Source: an uncultured Desulfospira sp.
GTDB taxonomy: Bacteria; Desulfobacterota; Desulfobacteria; Desulfobacterales; Desulfobacteraceae
DNA: 64,000 bases
NCBI GenBank assembly: GCA_963663165.1
Contig: OY760175.1
Coordinates: 6,144,001-6,208,000 of the forward strand
Reading direction: 5' to 3'
A program made the translations under genes and the position numbers. How positions within the stretch are numbered: the stretch's first letter is position 1; every line of letters starts with the position of its first letter. Shown here piece after piece: positions 9,233 through 18,305 of this stretch. A model generated the notes under the pieces. That model had not been told where the DNA came from, ran no database searches, and was given only the letters and a program-made list of their open reading frames with translations.

Positions 9233-10117
9233 ATGAAAAATATAGGGCTTTACCTTCTCACCATCATGATCTGGGGCACCTCCTGGATTGGGATCAAATA
9301 TCAGTTGGGCGTCGTGGACCCCATGGTATCCGTGGTTTACCGGTTCGGTCTGGCCACGGTAATGCTGGGGGTGTTCTGCCGGCTCCGGGGCATGCGCTTT
9401 AAATTTTCATTAAAAACCCATTTATCCATCTGTGGTATGGGGCTTTGTTTGTTTTCCATCAATTACTGGCTGATGTACCGGGCCGAAGAAACCCTGACCT
9501 CGGGATTAATGGCGGTACTGTTTTCTTCCCTTGTGTTTATCAACATGATTAACGGGGCCTTGTTTTTAAAGGCCCGCATGGAATGGAAAATGATTGCCGG
9601 CGGCCTGATCGGGATTGCCGGCATTATCCTGATCTTTCTGCCGGAGATCCGGTCCTTTGATGCGGGCCATGGGGGGCTCACGGGGATCTGTTTCGGCATG
9701 ACCGCCGTTTTTTTGTGTTCTTTTGGCAACATTGTGTCTGCCTCCAATTCAAAACAAAACATTCCCGTGATCCAGGCCAATGCCCTGGGCATGCTGTACG
9801 GGACCCTGGTCCTTTTTCTGGTCGCCCTGTTCATGGGAAAAGAGTTTACCTTTTCCCCGACCCCCATTTATGTCGGGTCTTTGGTTTATCTGGCCTTGTT
9901 TGCGTCCATCTTTGCCTTTGGGGCTTTTCTAACCCTTGTGGGCAACATCGGGCCTGACAAGGCCGCCTACGCCATCATGGTCGTCCCGGTGGTGGCCCTG
10001 CTGGTTTCAACGGTCATGGAAGGGTATTCATGGACCCCTCTGGCCATCTGCGGCCTGGTCCTGGTGGTGGCCGGCAATTTTTTGGCCCTGCATAAGCCTT
10101 CTGCTCCCACCTCATAA
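9233..10117 (+). CDS. EamA/DMT-family transporter
   Basis: IWGTSW start, about 10 TM helices, LYLALFASIFAF-like motif; divergent from the MocR regulator. Confidence 0.9.
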   Translation: MKNIGLYLLTIMIWGTSWIGIKYQLGVVDPMVSVVYRFGLATVMLGVFCRLRGMRFKFSLKTHLSICGMGLCLFSINYWLMYRAEETLTSGLMAVLFSSLVFINMINGALFLKARMEWKMIAGGLIGIAGIILIFLPEIRSFDAGHGGLTGICFGMTAVFLCSFGNIVSASNSKQNIPVIQANALGMLYGTLVLFLVALFMGKEFTFSPTPIYVGSLVYLALFASIFAFGAFLTLVGNIGPDKAAYAIMVVPVVALLVSTVMEGYSWTPLAICGLVLVVAGNFLALHKPSAPTS

Positions 10118-10219
10118 CCCGAAGGAACCACAACATCCGGTCTTCGGTCTCCCGTTTCCGGTCTCCTCTATTCGATTCCGGTTGCACAATATCCAGTACC
10201 TGTGCTAATTAGATGCGGT

Positions 10220-10552
10220 ATGAAACAGTATCAGATAGACGGGCTGAGGCTGGAAGACTACCATAAGCTCAAAGACTACCTGGACCGGTACCTTACGCCT
10301 GCCTCCATAGAGGGAATTTACTGGCTTGAGATTGATCCTGACCTGTTAACGCCCATCCAGGCGGATCATACAGAATGCGCTCCCCATGTGTTTGGACTCA
10401 TGCTGGAGGAGACCTGCCTTTCGTGCGAGCTTCTGGTCAGGATTAAAAAAAACATAAGGTGCGACTGCATGGGCTATGCCACCAAAGAACAGTTCACCTG
10501 GCTCATTGACCAGGTGGATGCTGTGCTGGAAAAGCTTTCCATTCGTATCTGA
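10220..10552 (+). CDS. Hypothetical protein with His/Cys motifs
   Basis: ATG at 10220 (MKQYQIDG); HTECAPH and CDCMGYAT; ends 23 bp before rnj. Confidence 0.7.
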   Translation: MKQYQIDGLRLEDYHKLKDYLDRYLTPASIEGIYWLEIDPDLLTPIQADHTECAPHVFGLMLEETCLSCELLVRIKKNIRCDCMGYATKEQFTWLIDQVDAVLEKLSIRI

Positions 10553-10575
10553 TTTTAATTTTCAGGACATTCATT

Positions 10576-12225
10576 ATGCTCAAACTTATTCCCCTTGGCG
10601 GTCTTGGTGAAATCGGGCTCAATATGATGGTGGTGGAATATGAAGACACCATTTTCATAATTGATGCCGGCCTCATGTTTCCCGAAGATTACATGCTCGG
10701 CGTGGACATGGTGATTCCGGCCATGGATTATCTTCGGGAAAACCGGGACAGGGTCCAGGGGATTGTGCTGACCCATGCCCATGAGGACCATATCGGTGCC
10801 CTTCCTTATTTATTAAAGGAAATCCGGATTCCAGTTTATGGGACCCGGTTTACCTTGGGGATTGTCCGAAACAAGTTGGTGGAATTTCAGCTCAACCGGT
10901 ATGTGGACCTGAATCTGGTCAATCCCGGGGAAACCCTTTCCATTGAACCCTTTGAAATCGAATTTATACGGGTGAGCCACTCCACCATTGACGGGGTGGC
11001 CCTGGCCATTAAAACCCCGGTGGGAACCGTGGTCCACACCGGGGATTTCAGGATCAGCCATGATGCCGATCCCATGAAAAATACCGATATCTCCAGTTTT
11101 GCCCGGCTTGGAGAAGAAGGCGTGCTGGCCCTGCTGTCCGACTCCACCAATGTGGAGGAGGAAGGGTATACCATGTCCGAACAGGAGGTGGCCAAGAACT
11201 TGGCCAAGGTGATTGCCCCGGCCCCGGGCCGGGTGATTGTGGCCCTGTTTTCCTCCAACGTGTTCCGAATTCAGCAGGTCATTGACATTGCCGTGAGCAA
11301 CAACCGGAAGGTGATTTTCAACGGCCGGTCCATGGAGCAGATTGTCTCCATTGCCCATGAGCTAGGGTATATTCATTATCCCCCCGACACGGTGATTGAT
11401 GTCAAGCAGATCAACACGGTTCCCGATGACCAGGTGGCCATTATCACCACGGGCAGCCAGGGAGAGCCCATGTCCGCCCTGGTCCGGATGGCCTCGGGGC
11501 TGCACAAGCAGGTTAATATCAAGAAAAAAGACACGGTGATTCTGTCCTCCAAACGGATTCCGGGCAATGAAAAGGCTATTTCCAATATTATCAACAAGCT
11601 GTACCGGAGGGGGGCGGATGTGGTTTACTCCAAGATCGCCCAGATCCATGCCTCGGGCCATGCCCACCAGGAAGAGCTTAAGCTGATGATCAACCTGACC
11701 AGGCCCAAATACTTTATTCCGGTTCACGGGGAATACCGCCATCTGGTGGTCCATGCCAGGCTTGCCGAAAAACTGGGCCTGCCACGGGATCACGTGCTGG
11801 TGGCCGAGGACGGCAAAGTCATCGCCTTTGACGAAACCGGGGGCCGGTTTGAAGGCCAGGTGAATACCGGTAGAATTTTGGTGGATGGGAAAGGCATCGG
11901 GGATGTGGGCCGGAGCGTGTTAAAAGAGCGCCGGGAGCTGTCTGAAGGCGGCCTTGTGGTGGTGACCATGATCATTGATGAGGAAACCGGGGTGGTGCTG
12001 TACGGGCCGGAACTGGTGTCCAAAGGGTTTGTATTTGATGCGGCCACCGGCTACCTGGTGGACGATGCCCAGTGTGTGATCCTGGAGATTGTTGAAGAGA
12101 TTGAAGCCGGCATCGAATCCCGGGTGGAACTGATCCGCAAAAAACTTCAAAAGGCCCTTAAGCAGTATTTTGCCTTTGCCATCAATCGAAAGCCCCTGAT
12201 TGTTCCCATTATCATTGAAGTATGA
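10576..12225 (+). CDS. rnj: Ribonuclease J
   Basis: PLGGLGEIGLN, THAHEDHIG, HTGDF, DSTN, TGSQGEP, HASGH and PVHGEYRH motifs. Confidence 0.97.
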   Translation: MLKLIPLGGLGEIGLNMMVVEYEDTIFIIDAGLMFPEDYMLGVDMVIPAMDYLRENRDRVQGIVLTHAHEDHIGALPYLLKEIRIPVYGTRFTLGIVRNKLVEFQLNRYVDLNLVNPGETLSIEPFEIEFIRVSHSTIDGVALAIKTPVGTVVHTGDFRISHDADPMKNTDISSFARLGEEGVLALLSDSTNVEEEGYTMSEQEVAKNLAKVIAPAPGRVIVALFSSNVFRIQQVIDIAVSNNRKVIFNGRSMEQIVSIAHELGYIHYPPDTVIDVKQINTVPDDQVAIITTGSQGEPMSALVRMASGLHKQVNIKKKDTVILSSKRIPGNEKAISNIINKLYRRGADVVYSKIAQIHASGHAHQEELKLMINLTRPKYFIPVHGEYRHLVVHARLAEKLGLPRDHVLVAEDGKVIAFDETGGRFEGQVNTGRILVDGKGIGDVGRSVLKERRELSEGGLVVVTMIIDEETGVVLYGPELVSKGFVFDAATGYLVDDAQCVILEIVEEIEAGIESRVELIRKKLQKALKQYFAFAINRKPLIVPIIIEV

Positions 12226-14561
12226 AAAAAGAACTGGCCGGCATATTTCTGTTGTTTCTTATCGTGTTATCGGCGGTGAGCCTGTTTTCCTATGATGCGG
12301 CCGACCCCTGTGTGGGGAACCATGCCTTAAGCGTCCCGGATCATATTCATAATTATTTCGGCCTGATCGGGGCACACACGGCCGGGCTTCTGGTCTTTCT
12401 TTTCGGGCTGGGGGCGTTCTGGATTCCGGCGATCCTTTCCCTGTCAAGCGTCTGGTTTCTCAAATCAAGGGCCCCCAGGATTATCTGGCTGACATTGGGC
12501 GGGGGGCTGGTCATCATGGTTTGCACCGGTTCCCTTTTGTTTCTTCATAAGGAGGCATACCCCTTTTTAGGGACCCTGGTGTCTGCCGGGGGATTTCTAG
12601 GCGCTCATCTGGCTTTGTTTTTGCTCAAGTATGCCAATATGGCCGGCTGCATCATTATCCTGATTTTTTTTCTGGTGGTGGGCGTTATCCTGGCCACCGG
12701 GATTTCCATGGCCGCCCTGGCCGAACTTATCCGGGATGCGCTCTGGAATTTAGCTGTCACCATTCGGGATGACTTTAAAGAGGGCCTTGACATCATTGCC
12801 CGCTCTTTTTCTCAGGCCAGGCAAAAATTTCTGGAGAGCCGGCAAAGGAGACGGGAAGAACAAGACCCCCTGGAGACTGTCCCGGCCGATATGCCCGAAG
12901 TTAAAACCCGGGACCTGGTCCGGATCCCGGAAACCACAATGCCCCCCGAAGATGCCGAAAAAACTGGCAGGGCCGTAAAGGCCAAAAACAGCGCACCGGA
13001 TGATGGTCCGGCCAAAGATAAGGTCGAGCCTGTGATTGTCCCTCCCAAGGAAGATGACACTCAGTATGTTTCTGAAACCGTGATTGAAGATATCCGGGAA
13101 CAGGCCGACTTTAACCTGCCGCCCCTGTCGTTTTTAGATGAAAAAATTAAGATCAAACGGGACATTGATGCGGGCCTGCTTCAGGAAAAGGCCCGGATTC
13201 TGGAGGGCAAACTAAAGGACTTTAACGTGTCCGGCGAGGTGGTTGAGATCTTGCCCGGCCCGGTGATCACCACCTTTGAATACCGGCCGGCCCCGGGCAT
13301 CAAGGTGAGCAAAATTACCGGGTTGTCAGATGACCTGGCCCTGGCCTTGAGCGCCATCAGTATCCGTATTGTGGCCCCTATCCCGGGACGGGACGTGGTG
13401 GGCATCGAGATCCCCAACGATGAGCGGGAAATGGTGTTTTTAAGGGAAATGCTGGCCTCAAAGGATTTTGTGAACTCCGATTCTTTGCTGACCTTAGGGC
13501 TTGGAAAGGATCTCATGGGCCGGCCTGTGGTTACCAAGATGGATAAGATGCCCCATTTGCTCATTGCCGGCGCTACGGGCACCGGCAAGAGTGTGGGGCT
13601 CAACTCTATGGTGATCAGCCTGCTTTACAAGGCAAGCCCGGACGAGGTCAAGCTGATCATGATTGATCCCAAACGGATCGAACTGTCCGTGTACAATGAT
13701 ATTCCCCACCTGATTTCCCCGGTGGTAACGGATATGAAAAAGGCCACCAACGCGTTGTTCTGGGCGGTCCGGGAAATGGAGCGCCGGTACGAACTGCTGG
13801 AAATGAACGGGTTTCGGAACCTGGCCCAGTACAATGACATGGTTAAAAAACAGCTTAAAAAGAAAAACCGCTCACCTGAAGAAGACTTTGAAGAGCCCCT
13901 TGAGGTGCTGCCCTATATCGTGGTGGTGGTGGATGAACTCTCGGATTTGATGATGGTGGCGTCAAAGGATGTGGAATTTGCCCTGACACGCCTGGCCCAG
14001 ATGGCCCGGGCCGCCGGCATTCATCTGATTCTGGCCACCCAGCGCCCCTCGGCCGATGTCCTGACCGGAACCATCAAGGCCAATTTCCCCACGCGGATTT
14101 CCTTTCAGGTTTCGTCCAAAATCGACGGGCGGATCATCATTGACCAGGGCGGGGCCGAAAGCCTTCTTGGAAACGGGGACATGCTGTTCTGCCCGCCGGG
14201 AACCGGCAAACTCATGCGGATCCAGGGGGCCTATATTTCTGAAACGGAAATTGCAAAGGTGACCTCCTTTTTAAAAGAGCAGCGTGAACCGGATTATAAT
14301 GCCCAGATCACCCTCGGAGATGAAGACGGTGAGGTTAAAGAGTTTGATGAATCCGAGTACGATGAAAAATACGATGAGGCCGTGGCCGTGGTGACCCAGT
14401 CGGGACAGGCGTCCATCTCCTATGTCCAGCGGCGGCTCAGGATCGGGTACAACCGGGCAGCCCGACTGATAGAGATCATGGAGCATGAGGGGATTGTCGG
14501 CCCCCAGATCGGTTCCAAACCCCGGGAAATTCTGGTGAAATCCTTTGAGGATCACCCCTGA
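12222..14561 (+). CDS. ftsK: DNA translocase FtsK
   Basis: N-terminal TM region, Walker A GATGTGKS, DPKRIEL, ATQRPS, gamma domain QRRLRIGYNRAARL. Confidence 0.97.
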   Translation: MKKELAGIFLLFLIVLSAVSLFSYDAADPCVGNHALSVPDHIHNYFGLIGAHTAGLLVFLFGLGAFWIPAILSLSSVWFLKSRAPRIIWLTLGGGLVIMVCTGSLLFLHKEAYPFLGTLVSAGGFLGAHLALFLLKYANMAGCIIILIFFLVVGVILATGISMAALAELIRDALWNLAVTIRDDFKEGLDIIARSFSQARQKFLESRQRRREEQDPLETVPADMPEVKTRDLVRIPETTMPPEDAEKTGRAVKAKNSAPDDGPAKDKVEPVIVPPKEDDTQYVSETVIEDIREQADFNLPPLSFLDEKIKIKRDIDAGLLQEKARILEGKLKDFNVSGEVVEILPGPVITTFEYRPAPGIKVSKITGLSDDLALALSAISIRIVAPIPGRDVVGIEIPNDEREMVFLREMLASKDFVNSDSLLTLGLGKDLMGRPVVTKMDKMPHLLIAGATGTGKSVGLNSMVISLLYKASPDEVKLIMIDPKRIELSVYNDIPHLISPVVTDMKKATNALFWAVREMERRYELLEMNGFRNLAQYNDMVKKQLKKKNRSPEEDFEEPLEVLPYIVVVVDELSDLMMVASKDVEFALTRLAQMARAAGIHLILATQRPSADVLTGTIKANFPTRISFQVSSKIDGRIIIDQGGAESLLGNGDMLFCPPGTGKLMRIQGAYISETEIAKVTSFLKEQREPDYNAQITLGDEDGEVKEFDESEYDEKYDEAVAVVTQSGQASISYVQRRLRIGYNRAARLIEIMEHEGIVGPQIGSKPREILVKSFEDHP

Positions 14562-14600
14562 AAAAGATCGGCCCGGACGGGTTGAAGGACTGTTTACCCA

Positions 14601-15212
14601 ATGATTGATTTTAATTTTTTAAATACCATTAAAGGGTTTATGGATGATGCAGAGGCCCAAAGGCTTTATGAAGAGGCCCAAAAAGCATCCCAACTAGGCC
14701 CGGTGCTGGAGATCGGCAGCTACTGCGGCAAGTCTGCCGTGATTATCGGTACGGCCTGCCGGGAAAACGATGCTATCCTCTTTTCCATTGACCACCACAG
14801 GGGGTCTGAAGAACAGCAAAAGGGGGAGGAATACTTTGACCCGGAGTTGTTTGATGAGAAGACCCACCGGGTCAACACCTTTCCATTTTTCCTGGAAACC
14901 CTTGCCAACGCAGGACTTGGGGAAACCGTGGTCCCCATTGTCACCACGTCTGCCGTGGCCGGTAAAATGTGGAACACCCCTTTGGCCATGGTCTTTATTG
15001 ACGGGGGGCATTCCCTTGAGGCGGCGCGGGAAGACTTCTTAACCTGGTCGCCCTTTTTGATGCCCAAAGGGCTGCTGGTGATTCACGATATTTTCCATGA
15101 CCCGGCCAAAGGCGGCCAGGCCCCGAGGCTGGTGTATGAACAGGCCCTGGCCACCGGGGATTATCATCCCCTTGACATGACCAAGACCCTTGGGGTTCTT
15201 GAAAAAGCGTAA
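14601..15212 (+). CDS. Class I SAM-dependent methyltransferase (Methyltransf_24-like)
   Basis: LEIGSYCGKS, DHHRGSEE, FIDGGH and IHD motifs. Confidence 0.85.
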   Translation: MIDFNFLNTIKGFMDDAEAQRLYEEAQKASQLGPVLEIGSYCGKSAVIIGTACRENDAILFSIDHHRGSEEQQKGEEYFDPELFDEKTHRVNTFPFFLETLANAGLGETVVPIVTTSAVAGKMWNTPLAMVFIDGGHSLEAAREDFLTWSPFLMPKGLLVIHDIFHDPAKGGQAPRLVYEQALATGDYHPLDMTKTLGVLEKA

Positions 15213-15254
15213 TGGCAAAAGCCCCAAGGGGCGGGTAAAAAAGGAAACCTTAAG

Positions 15255-15713
15255 ATGAAAAACGATTTGCTGGATCAGATCAAAGCGTACTATCTTGAGA
15301 TGCTGCCCTTTAACAAGGTCCTGGGGATAGGAATTGATCTTCTCGACTATGACACCGGGGAGGCTGTGACAAGGTTTCCCATGGCCCCCCACCTTATCGG
15401 CAATTCAGTGGCCGGCATTCTTCACGGCGGGGTCACCGCAGCGGTCATTGACCTTACCGGGGGGCTGTCCGCCCTGATTTCCTGCGCCAAATTTAATGCC
15501 GATGCCCCGGAAGAGACCCTTTTCAACAAGTTGACGTCATCGGCCACCGTGGACATGCGGGTGGATTACTTAAAGCCGGGCAAAGGCGAAGACTTTTTGT
15601 GCCAAAGCCGGATTATTAAGGCGGGCTCACGGATTGTGGTGGCTAAGATCGACTTGTACAACGAACTTGATGACCGGATTGCATCAGGCACGGGAACCTA
15701 TCTGATCGGATGA
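15255..15713 (+). CDS. PaaI/YigI-like hotdog-fold thioesterase
   Basis: GN...LHGGVTAAVID and TVDMRVDYLKPG motifs. Confidence 0.9.
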   Translation: MKNDLLDQIKAYYLEMLPFNKVLGIGIDLLDYDTGEAVTRFPMAPHLIGNSVAGILHGGVTAAVIDLTGGLSALISCAKFNADAPEETLFNKLTSSATVDMRVDYLKPGKGEDFLCQSRIIKAGSRIVVAKIDLYNELDDRIASGTGTYLIG

Positions 15714-15720
15714 CCCAGTG

Positions 15721-15864
15721 GTGTTTGAACGAAAAGTCACCCATCTGCTGCGTTGCAGGGAAAGCTGCAATCCTCACAACCCTAAAGGTTGCTCCGGTTG
15801 CAACTTTCCCTGGTTTCTGACCTTTGGTTACGCCTTGCATCTGGGCAACTTTTCGTCCAAACAC
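15721..15864. mobile_element. MITE-like family B, copy 1 (inverted relative to copies 2 and 3)
   Basis: Terminal IR GTGTTTGAACGAAAAGT ... ACTTTTCGTCCAAACAC; homologous to 35258-35382 and 49199-49324. Confidence 0.8.
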
Positions 15865-16015
15865 AGAGACCCGTTCGGGCACCAATCGGGAAGTGTCTGG
15901 GTAAATATTACCCAATCAGTGGGGGGGGTAGTATGGGTAATATGGTTACAACTTTTCCCATGTTTTATCTCTTAAAAATCATGTATATTCAGTGAAACAG
16001 CTCCTTTTAGGAGGT

Positions 16016-16031
16016 TGGCATGCCCTTTGCT
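16016..16031 (+). promoter_or_regulatory. Sigma-54 promoter with candidate upstream activator sites
   Basis: TGGCATGCCCTTTGCT (GG-N10-GC); palindrome-like TGGGTAAATATTACCCA at 15898-15914 and a related site at 15934-15950. Confidence 0.65.
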
Positions 16032-16127
16032 TTGTCAATGTGTTGTATCGTGGCCGTATGCGGTAGACGGCGACCAAAAGCAAAGGTTGATGCACCGTTT
16101 TGGGTTTAATTCATTCAGGAGGAAAAT

Positions 16128-16811
16128 ATGAAGACCAAACCTTTTAAATTAATAGTTCTGGCTGTTCTTTCAAGTTTTATCCTTACAGCGGTTTTTCCGG
16201 CAGGTGCCATGGCCAGACCGCCTCACGGCGGTCGGCCCGATCATCACGGCGGTCCCCATTATCCCGGGCCTGCCTTTAAACATGTGCCCCCCGGTGGCCA
16301 CCGGCTCTGGTTTGGGGATATGAATTACGTGTTTTACCGGGGATATTGCTACCGGCCGACGCCGGCCGGATATATTTATGCCCGTCCGCCGGTGGGACTG
16401 GTGGTGTACAGCCTTCCGGCTGCTGCTGTTACCATGATGGTTGCCGGCTTAACGTATTATCTGTATGACAATGTTTACTACAGGCGGGTCCCGGCAGGGT
16501 ACCAGGTGGTCACGGCCCCGGTGGGTGTGGCCACGACGGTCCAGACAACGGTACCGGTCACCTCGACTGTCGTGGTGCCGGCCAATACGGTCGCTTCGGG
16601 AACCCAGGCCGTGGTGACCATCAACAGCCTTAATGTCCGGTCCGGTCCGGGATTAAACCATAATGTTATCGGTCAGGTTTCTAAAGGCAATATCCTGTTT
16701 ATCCAGGGCAGTTCCCCTGAATGGTATTATGTCCTGCTTCCCGATAGAACCTTTGGATGGGTAATGGAACAGTTTGTTTCCGTGTCCGGCAGCAGCGGGC
16801 CGCAAGGCTAA
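16128..16811 (+). CDS. Secreted Pro/Gly/Tyr-rich (DUF6515-like) protein with C-terminal bacterial SH3 domain
   Basis: Signal peptide; YYLYDNVYYRR/GYQVV region; LNVRSGPG...W...GWV SH3b motif. Confidence 0.8.
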   Translation: MKTKPFKLIVLAVLSSFILTAVFPAGAMARPPHGGRPDHHGGPHYPGPAFKHVPPGGHRLWFGDMNYVFYRGYCYRPTPAGYIYARPPVGLVVYSLPAAAVTMMVAGLTYYLYDNVYYRRVPAGYQVVTAPVGVATTVQTTVPVTSTVVVPANTVASGTQAVVTINSLNVRSGPGLNHNVIGQVSKGNILFIQGSSPEWYYVLLPDRTFGWVMEQFVSVSGSSGPQG

Positions 16812-16868
16812 AAAGAAGACCGGAAGGCCGGAGACAGGAGGTCGGAAAAGCAGAATGGGACAGCTTTT

Positions 16869-17912
16869 TTACTCTTGTTTCCGGTTCTGTTTCATTTTTT
16901 CGAACATTTTTTTGAATTCTTCACAGGGGTCTTTGTAGGATACCCGCTGGGTGAACCAGAAAAAATCGGCCTGGGGAACCAGGTCAAACCCCTCAAGATC
17001 CAGGGGGGGCAGGTACTCCTCAAGGTCTGACCATTCCCGGGTGATTTCCACGATGGATAAATTTTTCTGGTCAAGGGCGCTGGACAGTTCCCTTACCCGG
17101 TCAACAACGCCCAAGCCATAATCTGTGTGGCCGGCACCCATGATGACCACCACAGGCCCTTTTTGCCCTGAAGCTTCCTGGTGGCGGTAAAGCTGGGTGA
17201 TGGACAGGGCCATCTTGTCGTTTCGGGCAAGCCAGGTGTCATAAAGCCTTTGGATCATTTTTCCATGGCCCATGCCGCAGTGGACTTCCTTGAATAAGGC
17301 TTCCATATGGGCCTGATAGACCGGATTTTTTAAATGGGTGGAAAACAGCTGCTGTTTTTCAATGTCGGAAAGTCCGGCAAGCCCTTTGCGGGTGATCCGT
17401 TTTTTCAGGGCCGAAGACAGGTCCAGGCCGGACACGGTCAGGTGGTTGTCCCTGCAGAGTTTGAGCAGGTCAAAGTAGTAGTTCCACATCTTATCGGACT
17501 GGTCCTCCCACCCGAGCTGTTTCCTCAAATGATTTTCAATAAATGCTTCCTGTTCTGTGGTGTGAGGGACCCGGCCGGATTCCATAAAATTGAGCAGATG
17601 GGGGGTATCGTCCATGGCAAAAAATTCAAACCCGACCACCGGGGCAAGCCCTTTGGCAATCATTTCCTGGATAATCCGGTGCTGGATGGCATGGTGCATG
17701 GGATTGTCGTGTTTTTCAGACAGGTAGACCACATCCGTGTCCATCAGGTGGTCCACAAGACTTGAAAAGGAAATAAACCCGGCGGTTCTGGTATCCACAA
17801 TTTTTCCGATCAGCGGATCATCCCGCATCCCAAGCTTGGGGGCCGTGGCGCAGGCATGAAACAGAACAGGAATAATGGCGCTTAAGCCGATAAAAGACAG
17901 TGCCCGGCCCAT
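16869..17912 (-). CDS. ChaN-family (DUF399) lipoprotein
   Basis: Start likely ATG at 17912 (AAAGGAG RBS); lipobox FHAC; VVYLSEKHDNPMHH, GFEFF, HCG and GAGH motifs. Confidence 0.85.
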   Translation of the reverse strand: MGRALSFIGLSAIIPVLFHACATAPKLGMRDDPLIGKIVDTRTAGFISFSSLVDHLMDTDVVYLSEKHDNPMHHAIQHRIIQEMIAKGLAPVVGFEFFAMDDTPHLLNFMESGRVPHTTEQEAFIENHLRKQLGWEDQSDKMWNYYFDLLKLCRDNHLTVSGLDLSSALKKRITRKGLAGLSDIEKQQLFSTHLKNPVYQAHMEALFKEVHCGMGHGKMIQRLYDTWLARNDKMALSITQLYRHQEASGQKGPVVVIMGAGHTDYGLGVVDRVRELSSALDQKNLSIVEITREWSDLEEYLPPLDLEGFDLVPQADFFWFTQRVSYKDPCEEFKKMFEKMKQNRKQE

Positions 17913-18110
17913 GTTTTTCTCCTTTGGTGATGTATGCTGATCCTGGAAATGCTCATGCCAATGTGTGGACAGCTTGCAAGATACCATTGCCGCTGCCGTT
18001 TTGCAAATGGGTGATCTTGTCGGCGGTTTGATGGCAATAGGGAGAATAAAAAAAGGAGACCGGAGAAAAGGAGACGGGAGACCGGATGAGGCGGTGCTGT
18101 TGGATCGGCC

Positions 18111-18166
18111 GTAGGGGCGATTCATGAATCGCCCTTAAACGAGGGCAATTCATGAATTGCCCCTAC
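18111..18166. repeat. GTAG-type REP-like palindromes, copy 1
   Basis: GTAGGGGCGATTCATGAATCGCCC...GCCCCTAC; extended similarity of 18081-18214 to 56501-56621. Confidence 0.8.
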
Positions 18167-18305
18167 ACCGTCATCACATGTAATGTAAAAATCCAAGATT
18201 CAACTATTTTGAAGATTAACTTTATTTTCTGACGCGCGAGTACCGGCGTACCCGATTGTGCCGGCCTGGCAGATATTGTAAAATTGCCCCGCAAAGGAGA
18301 AAAAA

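Noticed and set aside
17945..17962. Sigma-54 promoter for the ChaN-like gene (TTGGCATGAGCATTTCC)
   Set aside because: The -12 position reads TC instead of GC.
17913..18125. N-terminal extension of the ChaN-like ORF
   Set aside because: It translates heptamer and REP repeats (SPFLRSPF); the RBS and lipoprotein signal begin at 17912.
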